From the human T2T-CHM13v2.0 reference genome, Homo sapiens, in the NCBI RefSeq assembly GCF_009914755.1, contig NC_060935.1: a DNA stretch of 64,000 nt; one strand, written 5' to 3'. Below the pieces are notes generated by a model. That model was not told the origin of the DNA and made no database searches. It worked only from the letters and a program-made list of their open reading frames with translations. Numbering within the stretch: position 1 is the stretch's first letter; each line of letters opens with the position of its first letter. This document shows, one piece after another, positions 1-42,832 of the stretch. The position numbers and the translations under genes were made by a program.

Positions 1-3000
1 AGAGTGAGCCTCCGTCTAAAAAAAAAAAAAAAATTGCCCAGTCTTTAATTAAAAAAAAAAAAAAAGATTCAGTGCTTAAATAGCTTCCTCTTAAGACGGA
101 GCCCAACTTTATGAAAGAGAGGTACACCTGTGAGACCTCACGGTAGGTGTGGAGAGGATTATGTTCTTTCCAACTCTAGCCTCTTGGTTTCCAACATGCT
201 GATTGCTTCACTGTTGTGTGAGGCTGTGTCGTGAAGCTAATGTAATTTAGGGATTTTGTTTTTCTTGGCCTGGGTAAGACTCCACAGTACTCCCTGAGTG
301 AGTAGGCCTCATCACAGTTCCCACTGGCAACAAACCTTTGAGCCTCTCACATATACATCATTCCTCTAGTCTCTGCTGTGGCACAATCGTTCCCTGCCAT
401 GCAGGTGTGTTGGCATGTCCACTAGCTCTCAACTCAGCATTGATATTGCATGGGAACTTCAGGAATCACAGGAAAGCTAAAATTCAGAACCTCCCTCTAC
501 AGGTGAGATATGGCCAAGCCCTGGGTTGGAATGAGAGTGGTCTGAGTGATTTCCTTGTTAAGTCCCAAAAGAGGAGTGGGTGGAAGCATTTATCTGCTGT
601 CCTTAATTGTCATGGAGGGTGGGCAGTGGTGGAAGGGTGCTGTTGAGCCTGCATATAAACTACAGGGAGATATTCTCTCACTAAATATATACATCACTTA
701 TAGTTGTGTAATCCTCAAGAGACCCCCACATCTCCGACTAGCATAGAAGTTGGAAGAGTGAAAGTACATAGCTTCAGGAGAAGTGAGATGGACCTTGAAC
801 TTTCAGAAACTGATGGAATGAACAGCTATTAACTAGCCCCCTTGTCTTCCTCCTATCTTGAATTGTCACCTCCTTAGTCCCACTAACTGAGCACAGTGCT
901 TAACACACAATAAGTTCAAATCACAATATACTTTGGAATGAATGAATGAATGAGAAGTGTTAATCTACAATTCAGTTTCTCTCTTACGGGTTCAATAAGC
1001 TTCAACAAAGCACTTGGTGATCACATATTGGAAATTCATCTTTGACTGAAGACATGACACTCTCAATAGAACCTATGTTCTATTAACATCCCATTTCTCC
1101 CAGGGAGGGCCACATCGTCCGCCCACTGAAACTCTCCAAGGTCCAATAGCAATCTTACTGGAGTGCAGTTTGAGAGAACTGGTCAAGAGTGATGATAGGG
1201 GCTTTACAAAGAAAAAATTGAGCTCAAATTTTAGAGCAAGAAAAAATGGATTTTAACCAAAGATAAGTATTCCCAAACTCTACGATGTGGCAAATAAGCT
1301 GATGGTAGCTCCTCTGTATTAGACACAGACACAGATAAAAATCAGTAGACCAATCCAATTCTTCTACTAACAATCACATCAACTACCAAACTTCTCTTCT
1401 GCTCCTTCTGCACTTGTTTCCAGAACCGACGTCCACTCCCCGGGACAACCCGCCACATGTACACTGGCTCCGCTGCCCAGTGTTTCTGTTGTTTGGAATT
1501 ATTTAGGCAGAGCTGTAACCCCTTTCCCATAACTACCCCCTCCCCACCATCCAATTGCTTTCTTCTGGTTCTTTTTATCTACAATTTCAAAAGAAACATT
1601 TTGGCTCCCATTGGCAACAAATCCTTGAATCTCTTTCTCATCATTTCTCTAGATGAGAGGCTTAAAGGGGAAATAAGACAGGAAGAATTTTTTTTTCTTT
1701 TTCAATTAACTTCAATTTCTTTCAAGTCTAAGTAAACTCTGGCCCCAGAACAACCAGGATGATATAATTATGGAAACTATTAATCTCTCCATCAAAGGAG
1801 AGCCAGCTCATGGTTACGGAGCAGTTGGCACGTTCCTCCAAAGGGTTTCTGCAGCATGATGTTCCTGGTTTCCCTCGGAGTCACAAATGCTCAGGGTACA
1901 CCTTTTAGCAAGTAGGCAACTTCCTAAGAAAATGAAATAATCCATGAGTACTTTGTGAGTTGTTCTGGGAAATTGGGCATTTTTCCTTAATTGCTCTAAA
2001 GAAATAGCCAACTCACACTAAAGCATGTTCAAACAGAATGAAAGAGAAAAATCTAACATTTTCAGATCAGTCAAGGCTCATCCAAAATTGTGAAATTTGG
2101 ATCTTTAAAGACCAGTCAGATATCACTTGATGTGAGCAACGAACAAAGGGGTGCATCTGGAACAAGAAGTCTCCAAATTGCTTTGAATATTGAACATCAT
2201 GGAAATGGCAACAATCTCTAGAGGTCACTTAGGACAAACAGAACAGTTATCTGGTTTGTTCAAACCTAAAATAAATATAAAAAGAAATTAGAGAATTTAA
2301 TTTAGAGATTTTATTCCAGGGCATCAACAAACTTTTGTTCTTCCAATGACAACAGAGTACAGACTTCTCTGTGATGGGGGGCAGGGGCAGTGTTAAAGGA
2401 TTTAGGAGTTTCCTCCAGAAATTCCTGCCAATTGGCTTATTCCTGGGTACAGATAGGAAAAGTCCAACACCAGTTGCATTTTGAAGGAAGCACATTCATA
2501 GATTGACAAAGGCCATCAGCCTTCCAAAATACAGCCCCCCAAAAGAACGAATTTGCAGAGATGCCAAATTCCTCAAATGGTTTAGGTTCAACAGGCACCA
2601 CTCAAAACAAAACTACATGATCGTATGTTGAGTGACATAATAAAGCCATAGTATATGCATTTGCTTGAATTGTGGGCTGTGATTAATATATACAATCCTT
2701 ACCCACTGACTGCTTTCAATGTATACTGCTTCCTGGAAGCAAGCCCATACTTCAGGAAGTCAGGCTTCTCCAAGGGAACGGGAAGCCTCTTTGTTCCTTC
2801 TTCCCACTATCCTGTTGTTGGAGCCTGCATGCACATTGGGCCTGAGCAGGAAAGTGTCACTTCTGTGAAGAGACTGTTCACAGAACTTTAATTTCTCTTG
2901 TAATCATATAAAGCCTGAATGGTAAGGGGGAAAACCCATAAAGGTCATTATAAACAGATCCCGTGATGTCAAAGGAAAAACAGCTGGAGAGAGGGAGTTT

Positions 3001-3420
3001 AATAAGCAGCCTTCTTTTATTACAACAGGCTTGACGTCATTGATCATTTATTATTTCCAACACTAAAACATAAAGCCATGTGCTACACTGTGGACCAGGA
3101 TGAAAAGGATATGTGGACTTTTCTGAGTATTTTAATATCCTTTTATTGACAGTAGATAGAAGATCTGAACAAGGACTGGGAACAGGAAATGATTTTAGCG
3201 ATTTCATTACAGTAATAGAGAAAAGCATTACCAATGGCAGCATTTGGCAGATGGTCTGGTAAGTCCTGAACCTCTAAACAGCCTGCAGGTCAACAAGCTC
3301 AATATTGATACAAGGTCAGTATGTAATTATGAGGTGTTCTAGCAAGCAGAATAGTTTTTATAAATATGGGCTGTAGCCTTGGCAGTGGAACACAGGAAGC
3401 TGGTGTTTAAAAGTTAATTT

Positions 3421-3790
<370 letters not shown>

Positions 3791-5659
3791 TCAGATTTGC
3801 AATGAAATATCAAGCATGGTACATCTTTACTTAGTTTAGCTCTAGTGAAAAATAAACATGGCTGTAGAATTTTCAGAGTTTTGAGACTTTTCAGATCTCA
3901 CTCAAGAAAACCTAAGAAGTGATCAGCCAATTCATTTTAACCAACATCAAACATCATTTTGGTGAGGCCCCCTTAGAAACAGATTTCCCTGGAACAAAAC
4001 ATTAGTGTTTGGAAGCTCCCTAATATGTGAGATTTGTACAGGCCTTTACAATTTCCAGTGTTAGTTTAATCTCATTAACACTTCAAGTAATCCTGCAGGG
4101 TAGGCAATTTAACCTCATCTCTACTCTATAGATGAGGATGCTCAGAAAAGCTAACTGACTTGGTCAAGGTCATACTGACCCTTGATCACCTTGATCAATG
4201 GTTTTCTTTTTCATTTTCACCACTAATGTGTGTTCTATTTCTGTTTGATATGATCTATTTCTGTTCAATATTCTATGTATTTTAACAAAATCAAAATCGT
4301 ATTGCATATCCAATGTGTTGTTTCCCTTTTTAAAAAACATGCTTCCCATTATGCCATACCTGCTTGGTCAAGCATGGGTGTGAAATATAAGTTCCTTACA
4401 GGAAATATCCTTATAGGAAACCTTTCTGTAGAAGGCTATGATTTTGAGTGTCCAGCGCCAATTCATCACACGGAGCTACTTTTCCTAAGCCCTAGGTGGA
4501 GCAGTCATGTTCAGAGGTGAGAACAGTGGATCTGGTGTTCAGCTTCAAATGTACTATTTCCTTGTGAACTGTCACTTATAAGCTGTAAATCTCTCCCAAT
4601 TTAGTCCAGTGTCTCTGTACAACCTGTCTCTTTCATCGACATTGTTAGCCCTTTAAATGTTTGTATTCCTTGGAGCTTTGTCCTAAGTCCTTAAGCTGTA
4701 TCTCTAGCCCACTCTCTCACAGAGTTCCAAGTCTGTATGGAAATGGGACATCTCCATGTGGATGTCCAACAGGTATTCAAAATTGAACACGTCTTTTACC
4801 CACCTTTACCTGCAACTCTTCCTGGATTACTTCCCTATCATGATGAATGACGCCATCATCTATTCAGTCACCTAATCCAGAATTCTGGATTTAACTTCTC
4901 ACTCTCCTTTGCTTCAAACTGATGCCCAAATCCAGTTGTGTCTACTGCTAAACCTCTCTGTATCAAGCCCCTCCTCCCTCAGAAGGCTTTCAGTGATCAT
5001 GACACTTTAAGGGCTTCTCACTGCCTTCAAGGTCACACTCAGCATGGTGATGTGCCACTGAGGACCAGAGAGTTTCCCTTTTCCACTACGTTTTACAAAA
5101 AAATCCTCCTCAGCCCCATGAGGCCTGTGGTTTAGATCTCAAGGACACACAAGAAATCAATCAGTTGGCTCTTCAGAACCTTATATCATGGATGGTTTGT
5201 GTCTCATCCAGAATTGGGGAACTTTCACTACCCTGCATCCTACCCTTCTGTAATCCCACAGACACTTCCACATTTTCTCTGTCTGTCACTTATTACACCA
5301 TTCCCGGTGCCATTTTTTTTTAAAGATGGGAATGCAAATGATCATATCCCAAGTAGAATTTATTATAAGTTAAATTTACTATAGCGATTTGGGCATATCT
5401 TACAGACAACCTAAAGCAGGAATTACTGCTGGAACCCATGAGACTGTGACATGAAGCTGGAAAGCGGCTGAGCATTAAGGCAGCTTTTCTTTCATGCTGT
5501 TTCAGTGAGAGGTTACTTCAGTAAAGACGTGTAACAAACTACCCCAAGATTCAATGATTCAAAACAATAATCATTTAACTACTCATCACAGATCTGTAGG
5601 TTGGCTGCAACTCAGCTAGGTTAGGCTGGACTCCAGGTTGCAGATTAAAAAAAAAAAAT

Positions 5660-5817
5660 TTTTTTTAGAGGATGCGGTCTTGCTCTGTCACCTATCCTGA
5701 AGTGCAGTGACACGACTATAGCTCACTGCAGCCTCAAACTCCTGGGCTTCAGGCAATCCTCCTACCTCAGCTTCCCAAGTAGCTGGAATTACAAGTGTAA
5801 GCCACCACACCCAGCAC
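5660..5817 (-). mobile_element. Old Alu monomer inside a MaLR-like fragment
   Basis: Single Alu arm. Confidence 0.75.
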
Positions 5818-7839
5818 CGGCTGCAGACTGGGTTTAGGTTTGCTCCATGTTTCTCATCCTTCATGGATCAATGGCTACCCAGGGCATGCTCTTCTCACGG
5901 TAAATGACAGGAGCACAAGCAAACTGCTAAAAGTACTCTGCTTACATCAGCTCCATTAACATTCTATTGGCCAAAGCAAGTGACTTGGTCAAGCTCAAAG
6001 TCAAGGGACAGGGAAGTACACTCCATTCACGGAGAAGCCATGGCAAGGGCACGATACACAGAGGTGAAGAATCGAGAATAATGATCCAGTCTGCTACAGG
6101 ATGCATGACCTCTATGCAGACCAGCTTCTTCCTCTGTTCTTCTTACACATGACTCTGGAATTCCAGGCCCACTAGGTCAAGATTTTTTCTGCTTTGTCCA
6201 CAGTATTTCTATTACACAGATTTTGTCTGTTTTGTTTACTGCTGTCTTCCTAGTCCTTAGAATACCTGGTACATAGTGGATGATAAATATGACTGGCTGC
6301 CTCCTCCCAAATAGTGCCCTCAGCCTTGTAAGTTACGTGGTCTAGAGTCCTGTGTCCTTGAGCCAACCTGAGTTGTCCAGCTTGGGTTAGGAGTAATTCC
6401 CTTATTAAACCATACGCTGTAACCGGGGGAAGAATGTGGGCAGTCCAGCGGCAATTTTGGAGAAAGGAACGTGGATGTGCAGATAGCCTAGCTGTCTCTT
6501 CCATGTGATCTATCAAGACCTTCATGCTCCAGTCCATGCCTCCCCACAGTATGCAAGTACAGTATAGTGGCTAAAAGAATATTCATTAGGCTAGGCAGGT
6601 CCAGATCCAAGCCCTGGGTCAGCTACTTACTACCTAAATAACTTTCAGCAAGTTATTTTACCACTCTGAATCTTCATTTCTCCATCTATAAAATGGTGAC
6701 AATTACCTTATGGGATTATTGCAAAATTAAATAATATACCTAAAGACCTTTACAGAGCATCTGACACATAGTAAATCCTCAATAAATGGCGGTCATCTCT
6801 AACAGGAAATTAAGTCTGGTGTCTACCACATCCTTCTGTGTCCTGAGGTAAATTTCGTATCACACTCATTTTAATTTCAACTTTAGTTGATTGTGTTGGG
6901 TCACACACTTAGCCCAAAGTAGCCAAATCACAGGTGACTCACACTGCTTGATACAAAAAGACTAGTAACTGCGCAAGAATTTCTCTCTCACAAATTTAAA
7001 GAAATACCAAGAGAATAAAGTGATTAAGCTGGCAGAACACAACCCCCCAAAAAAGACAGGCTGGTGTGGTCTTGAGAGACCACAGACAAGCTGAAGTCCT
7101 AAGAAAGAAGAAACGGAAATAAGGAAGCCAGGTGACACAGGGACTCAGAGCAGACCCTGATGCCACCTCCTTGGGTACAGATCCTCTCCCCTCCAGGTCT
7201 AATTTCAGTGTGGCATGACCCTCTCCCAGAATTGTGATCCTTGCCAGAGCCCTGAGGCATGAACAATTAGGATAAAATGAGAATGCCCTACTCCATGATG
7301 TTACTACACTATAGAATCTTGCAAACGTCCAGGGAAAACACAGTTGTTCAGAAAGGGCAATCACATGGGCACAATCATAATGATAGAAGGAGTAGCCTGA
7401 TATTACGAAATCCTTGGCTGTGAAATGTGAACTTATGGAGGTTTTCTGGCTTTTATATTACAGATGTTCCTTGGGTTGTATAAAATTGGATTTAAGCAAA
7501 TGTGACCTCATGCAAATTATCTAAGATACATCATAAAAGCTTAGCGATGCAGATTTTGCATTCTATATAGAAATACAAAGCAGTCAGGTTGATGAACAAA
7601 TAATATGAGAGGTGAGTGGAGGGCTAGCAGCACCACCACAAGGTTCCCTCCTGCTTCCAGTCTCACCTGTGGTTTTTTTTTTGGTTGCTGGACTGGCCCA
7701 CAAGACTCAAGACTACATTGGCCCAGGCTCTTGTAAGTTTGACTAGCCCAATGACATAAAAGGAATAAGCATCATTCATAATCAAATTAAAGCTTAAGTT
7801 GTGTATCATTTATTTGCTTTTATAAACCTTTAACAGGAA

Positions 7840-8495
<656 letters not shown>

Positions 8496-9331
8496 TTATT
8501 CTTAATCAGTGTTTGCATCTTAAGCTTAAACTTAAACAAAAAAAAAACCAAGAGTGGAATTTTCGTGTCAGCTAGCAGGTAGGAGTGATTTCATCAGTGC
8601 CTTTGAAATCTCATACTGAATATAGTCAATTCAGTCTACCAATAAGGTCAGCACTGAGGACATGCGAATATACATACAGTGTAGTATATATAAACCTACC
8701 AATGAGATTTCACCTGTAAGATTTTACTTTTATGTTCCAGTTCTTTTCAGCAGTGACACTTCCAACCATAAACCTACCTCTAAACTGGAAATCGTATTAT
8801 CTCTTACCAATAAGATTACTGTTTTTATCACCAAAAATCTGGTTTTATCACCAAAAATCTCTCAAGGAAAGAAAACAAAGTATGAGGCAAGACCAATGCT
8901 TTAAAGCCAAAAAACTGATATAAATTGGGAAGGGGCTATACCAAAAGTGAGGTTCAGAAAGCTGGCTTTGTTATTCCTAACAGATATTTTCTTAAAAATC
9001 TATTAAAAAGCACCCCCCCAACCCAGCCAAACACACATAAAGACTTGGTAGGAAAAAGCCCCTTCTCTTTCTCCCTTTTTCTTCCTGAATGTGGATAAAG
9101 GCCCAGAGATGGCACAGCCCCCTTAACCACAAGGCAATAAACATGAACGCAAAGGCCTACCTGGCAGACCACGTGAAGGGTGAAAGGAGCCACCTCATTA
9201 CATCTGGATTTTTGCATAAGGTTCCTGAAAGAGATCAGATTCAGCTGCTACAGGAGGGTTTCTGTTACTGCAGCTGAATATACTTAACAGTGGATACAAA
9301 GACGTAATTCTCACTTAAAAAAATCAAATTA

Positions 9332-9717
<386 letters not shown>

Positions 9718-9904
9718 TCAACTGAGGATGATAAATATCACATAAAAAGAGGGGTGACAGTGGTGAAACCTCAGATTCCAAAGTCAAAAAAAGTGAGACA
9801 AGTCTAGGACAGAAAAATGTTAACACCAGACAATTATGGTCTAATATGGGCTTTAGTTAATATTTCCAATAAGTCAATTTCAACTGTCAGTGAGAAAAAT
9901 AAAG

Positions 9905-9910
9905 TTTATT
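9905..9910 (-). terminator. SAAL1: SAAL1 polyadenylation signal AATAAA
   Basis: tttatt on +, 30 nt past the stop codon, followed by T-rich sequence on the minus strand. Confidence 0.8.
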
Positions 9911-9940
9911 TCTTGTACAGAAGTAATTCCAATTCAGGTT

Positions 9941-35586
<25,646 letters not shown>

Positions 35587-35933
35587 GACTTTGTCGCGTC
35601 CCGCGCTTGAAGGCCGTGCCGGAAGCTGCGGAGGAGACGACCGGCGCCCTAGTGCCAGAGCGCCCGGCGTACCCGGCGGGACTCCCCCTACAGCGCCATC
35701 TGCTGTTCGGAGCCTGGCCAGCTGCCAAGGCGGCTTGACCTCCCCCACCCCATCCTATCGAGGACCCTGGCACGAACATACTCATAATTATTTGTCACCC
35801 TCACTGAATCAGGTGTTCCATTTCTCCAGGAGCTCTTAGACTGATTGAAGAAGGAAGGGTGGGGAGCAGTGAGGAAGCCTCAGGAACAGATGTGAATCTC
35901 AAAGCTAGCGGACTTATTCTATTCGCCTTCTGA

Positions 35934-36074
35934 TCTATGTTGCCCAGGCTGGTCTCGAACTTCTGGCTCAAGCAATCCTTCTGCCTCGGCCTCCCAAAGT
36001 GTTGGGATTACAAACGTGAGCCACCGCGCCTGGTCAGAAGCCACTTTTTTTATATAAAAGTTGTATAACCCTAA
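35934..36074 (+). repeat. 141-bp direct duplicate of 34913-35053 (Alu left arm plus unique flank)
   Basis: Ungapped manual alignment with 8 mismatches, including the non-Alu AGAAGCCAC...TATAAAAGTTGTATAACCCTAA. Confidence 0.92.
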
Positions 36075-36090
36075 TAATATAATCCTCTGA

Positions 36091-37172
<1,082 letters not shown>

Positions 37173-37313
37173 TTACCTATGATGGAATTGATTTACAAGT
37201 ACCCACTTTGATTTAATGGAATTAAATTTATAGATGATATAAGCTACTTCCACATGAAATTTCAAAAATATCAATATAATGACCAAACAGGAATGGAGAC
37301 ATGAAATTATTTA

Positions 37314-37622
37314 TTTATTTATTTATTTTATTTATTTTGAGACGGAGTCTCGCTGTCGCCCAGGCTGGAGTGCAGTGGCGCGATCTCGGCTCACTGCAGG
37401 CTCCGCCCCTTGGGGTTCCCGTCATTCTCCTGCCTCAGCCTTCAGAGTAGCTGGGACTACAGGCTCCCGCCACCTCGCCCGGCTAATTTTTTTTTTGTAT
37501 TTTTAGTAGGGACGGGGTTTCACCGTGTTAGCCAGGATGGTCTCGATCTCCTGACCTCGTGATCCGCCCGCCTCGGCCTACCAAAGTGCTGGGATTACAG
37601 GCGCGGGCCACCGCGCCCGGCC
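37314..37622 (-). mobile_element. Young CpG-rich AluY (Ye-like diagnostics)
   Basis: Perfect TSD GAAATTATTTA at 37303 and 37623; many intact CpGs. Confidence 0.92.
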
Positions 37623-38097
37623 GAAATTATTTAAAATAAAATGTCCACATGAATATTTTAAATACTCAGTCATAACTATATTAGAAAACATAATGAAGGT
37701 GTCCAATGTTTGCCTAGAATTACTGTGATACTTACGTCAAAGTCAAACAAAACATAGAGATGAATCTCTAAATTTAAAGCAATTGATTTAGAAAGTAAGA
37801 ATTACAATTCAGGGCATACACACAGATGAGACAGGTGGGCGTCTTCAATATATCTGAAGTACAAAGAGAAGGTTGGGGCTTTTATAAAAAGGAGAAATGT
37901 TACACGTTGTTTTGAAAGAAATTTTATTGGTTTTAGTAAGGTTTGGGGGAGCTTGCAAGCTAGGATTGGTGAGAGATGGCAGCAGGTAAAATTAGTCTTA
38001 GAGTCACAGTAGGTTGTTTCAGCAGTTGTTAGATAAAACTGGTCTCCGTTTACAAGAGGCAGTTTCAGCAGTCAGGCTTGCAGAGAGTTACCTTTTT

Positions 38098-38512
<415 letters not shown>

Positions 38513-38700
38513 CTCATTTCTTTTATCATATACACACATATAGGTTATGTTTACCAACCATCATATTGATGTGAGTCCACAATTCAATACTTGCTGGTTT
38601 ATGATATATAATTTATGTTAAATTTTGACATATACTCATGGTATATTATTTGTTTTATTCTTAATAAAATAAAAATGAGTTTTAAAAAGAAGAGGCCAGG

Positions 38701-38985
38701 ACTGGGCGCGATGGCTCATGCCTATAATCCTAGCACTTTGGGAGGCTGAGGTGGGCTGATCACTTGAGGTCAGGAGTTCAAGACCAGCCTGGAAAACATG
38801 GAGAAACCTGGTCTCTACAAAAAATATGAAAATTAGCCAGGCGTGGTTGCGCACACCTGTATTCCCAGCTGGGAAGATGGCTTGAGCCTGGGAGGTGGAT
38901 GTTGCAGTGAGCTGAAATCGCACCGGTGCACTCCAGCCTGGGTGACAGAGTGAGATCCTGTCTCAAAAAAAAAAAAAAAAAAGAA
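38701..38985 (+). mobile_element. Alu (S/J) with an internal deletion
   Basis: Alu sequence with poly(A). Confidence 0.88.
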
Positions 38986-39336
38986 AGAGGCCAGTCTAAA
39001 ATTCATTTGTAAGTTGTTGGCATTACTGAGATAACCTCCCAATGTCTTCTCAACTTTTATTTGAGTCTGATACTCACAGCTAGGCTCCATGAGTTTTGTT
39101 TTTTTTCTTTTCTCTTTGGATCTCAGGTGCACAGAATTGGATTAATCATAATCCTTAGTTATTACACACTCTCCAATGTCATCAGTGTGCTAATCAAACA
39201 GAATTACATTTTATAACCAGAAAGCAGGTTTTTTTTCCTTTCTTTTTTTTTGTCCCAATATCTCTCACTTTGATCCTGAACACAAGTCAATTCATGCCTT
39301 CCCTAGTTACTCAAAGGTTATTGAAAGTACTGTACA

Positions 39337-39652
<316 letters not shown>

Positions 39653-41229
39653 TTATACAGGTAGTAATTTAAAGCCACAGGTTTGATGGCATTTAGTTTA
39701 TCTCAAAATGGTAACTAGAAAGTCCAGGTCCAAGTCATGATTTGAAGCTTCCAATTCATTTAAAATGAAAATTTCTCTCCCCTTTCCTAGTTAAGCCCAC
39801 TATAGATGGGTACTTCAGTCTGGAGGGGGGTGATGACTTTGTTTCCTTCCCTGCTTCCTCCTCCCACAGATAGACAGCTGCTCTTTCTGACCTCTCCCCG
39901 ATTAGGGGGGAAGGATTGGAAGTGAGAGGGGAGGGAAAGGAAAATTCTTACTTGACTGGTGTTTTCATAAGATGGTTTCATGTTCTTTGGGCCCAGCATG
40001 TGTTTGAAGCTGATTCTGTGTATGTGTGTTGTGGATTCTTCACATATACCACCTCCATCGCTGGAGACGCCTCTCCACAGCTCCCTTGAATAGCGATGCA
40101 ACCTCCTCCATCTTGCTGGTTTTTTCTCAGCTCCTTATTGCTCCTCACACACACAGATTTGATATGAGATTCATAGATTACTAACTAGGGTAGCTCATGG
40201 AATACATTCATAGGAGCAGTGATTACATGAACTCATATGTGCAAGCGTGTTTTATAAGTTCTAAACTCCAATGCAATTGCTAGTTACAGCAAATGGTTCA
40301 GAATGTTGACTCTAGCATCAAACTAGCAGTGCAACTTGTGTATGTTATCTAAATTGTCTGTGCCTCACGTTTCCTGAGCTCTAAAATAAGGATAATTAAA
40401 GTGTGAGGATCCAGTGGATAACAGAAGAAATCACTTAGACCAGTGCCTGGCCCTTGGTCACCGCACCATGAATAGTAACTGTCATTCTACCACCTTTATC
40501 ATGATCACACATTCTTTCACTGCCATTGACTCGTTTAGATGAGCTTGAAAATCAACCAGCAGGAGTACTGCCATATTAACCACTGACTCTGACAAGGATG
40601 GAACTGGATTCTCAAGAAGGCATGAACAAAGTGCTATAGAGGCATTCATTATTACCCCAGGGTAAGGATTTAGGAGCTGACAGATCTGATTCATTGAGAA
40701 GATGACATTTTACCCTGGCACGAACCAAGGAGTAGTCAAAAAGATAAGAGAAATAGCTTTGAAAGGTATTTCTTAGTACCATGGACAGGGACTGGTTGAC
40801 ACTGGGTTTGGGAAATGAAGTGGGGAAAGATTCCTGGGATTATGCCTTCGTGGCAGGGAAAGAGAACACTGAGGAATCCAGATTCCTGGGGGGAAGAAAA
40901 AAGGAAAGGACATAGCTGACTGGACAGAAAGGAGGCCTGGACATAGAGGGGCCTAGAAACAGTCCACTGTAACCAGAGATACTTGGGCCAGCAAGACCCA
41001 GGAGAGAGGATCCAACTTGGGAAATAAACTATGTGGAGTGTCTGAGAACACCCCTCTCCAAGAATCCAGGATTTTCTGGGATTATGAAAGGAATAACCTC
41101 AGGCTACACAGTGAACTTGGAGATGGTCACTGCTGGGGCCAATTCATTGTAACTCCAAGTACTTTTGCTTTTTTTTTTTTTTGCATCTTTATTTATTTCT
41201 TTCCTTCTTTCTAACTCTCTTCTTCCTTT

Positions 41230-41562
41230 CTTCATTTTTCCATTTCTTCTTTTCTTTCTTTTTAGAGACAGGGTGTTGCTCTGTTACCTGGGCTGGAGTG
41301 CAGTGGTGTGATCATAGCTCACTGCAACCTTGAGTTCCTGGGCTCAAGCTATCCTCTGGCTTCAGCTTCCCAAGCAGCTGGGATGATAGGTGCACATAAC
41401 CACACCTGGCTGTTTTTTGTTTGTTTGTTTGTTTTTTGTTTTATAGAGATGGGGGCTTGCTATGTTGCCCAGGCTGGTCTCAAACTCCTGGCTTCAAGCA
41501 ATCCTCCCGCATCAACCTCCCAAAGTGTTAGGATTACAGGCATCAGTCACCATGTCTGGCCC
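41230..41562 (-). mobile_element. AluJ
   Basis: Dimeric Alu with T/C-rich tail. Confidence 0.88.
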
Positions 41563-42031
41563 TTATTTGCCTTTTTGAAGGCATATTATTTGTCTACAAA
41601 ACCATCTGGGCCTGCTGTTTTCTTTGTAAGAAGATTTAATCTCTTAAAATAATTACAGGCTAATCTAGATTCTCATTTCTTCTTTAGTCGGTATTTGTAA
41701 ATTGTATTTTTCTATGATTTGTTGATTTTTAATTTAGTTTTAGGCTTCATTACTGAAGTTGTTCATAGGATTATCTTATTATCTTTTCTATTTTATGAAC
41801 CATATAATTATAGGCTTATAGTTGGTCCATATTATGGTCCATACAATGTGGTCCATGTATAGATATAGTTTTCTCCCCAATTCCCACTATTGTGCATTAG
41901 TGCTTTATGTTTTAAAAAATAAAACAGTGATGTTTATTGGTCATCCCTATGGTACTAAACAGGCCCATGATCCCAGGAAGACTGTCATATTCTGCTTCCA
42001 GATTCCAATAACAAACTGGATTTCACAAGCA

Positions 42032-42300
42032 TTTATTAAGCATTTTTATGTGTTCTATATCAAGTACTAGGGATATAGAATTCAGTAACTGTAGGTCAAC
42101 AAATGTCCCTGCCCTCAGGGGCTCACAGCCAGGTCTCCTGAGAGCAGATTGAAAAGGAAGCTCAGTATTTCTCTGGCAGGCCAGCAGGTCGGAAGTGATT
42201 GGGGTCTTTGCCACTCTGGCCCCATTTGTTGGTAGCCTGGCCAGCCAGCGAATCCTCTGCATGGTCTCCTGTGAGTCTCTGGACGTTCTCTCTGGCATCG
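42032..42300 (-). pseudogene. SAA3P: SAA3P last exon with ancestral stop (42162-42164) and AATAAA (42032-42037)
   Basis: ctacag acceptor; [46 protein letters not shown]; tttatt on +. Confidence 0.92.
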
Positions 42301-42692
42301 CTGTAGTCCAGGCAAGCAAGGAGATTAATCACCAGGCCAGTGAGCAACAGCCCACCTTCCCATTCTCTGCTTTCCAAGGGAGGACTCTGGGAGAAGCCCA
42401 GGAAGGCCAAGGAAGGAGGGGTGAAAACAATGACCCTGCCTGGGCACTGCCCCACTCAGCCAGGCTGGGCACCCCTAGGCTGGATGAACAGCACCCAGAG
42501 AGGGAGGGTGAGGAATCACTCACTTCTACCATCCACTCAGACCCTCGCACTAAGCACACAGGCAGAGAGAGGGCAAGAGGAGGAGGGGCTGCAGCCTCTA
42601 ACTTCTCTGCAAGGAGCTTACCTCTCTCCTGACTGTCCAAGGCAGTCAAGCTCTGCTCACTCATTCCTGGCAACATCAGGAATGTGCATTAC

Positions 42693-42832
42693 CTGATCAC
42701 TTCTGTAGCCCAGACAGCCCCAAGCCCCCTTTGTACAGCATCATAGTTCCCCCAAGCATGGAAGTATTTGTCTGAATTTTTTGTAATTGGCTTCTTTCAT
42801 GTCAGAGTAGGCTTTCCACATGTCTTTAGTCC
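42693..42832 (-). pseudogene. SAA3P: SAA3P second coding exon, carrying the +1 frameshift
   Basis: ttccag acceptor; AG|gtaatg donor; 140 nt where 139 would keep the frame. Confidence 0.92.

Noticed and set aside
8821-8860. 20-bp tandem duplication, and similar micro-repeats at 4233-4275, 12547-12586 and 41824-41856
   Set aside because: Ordinary slippage duplications; two or three copies with no spacers, so not CRISPR-like.
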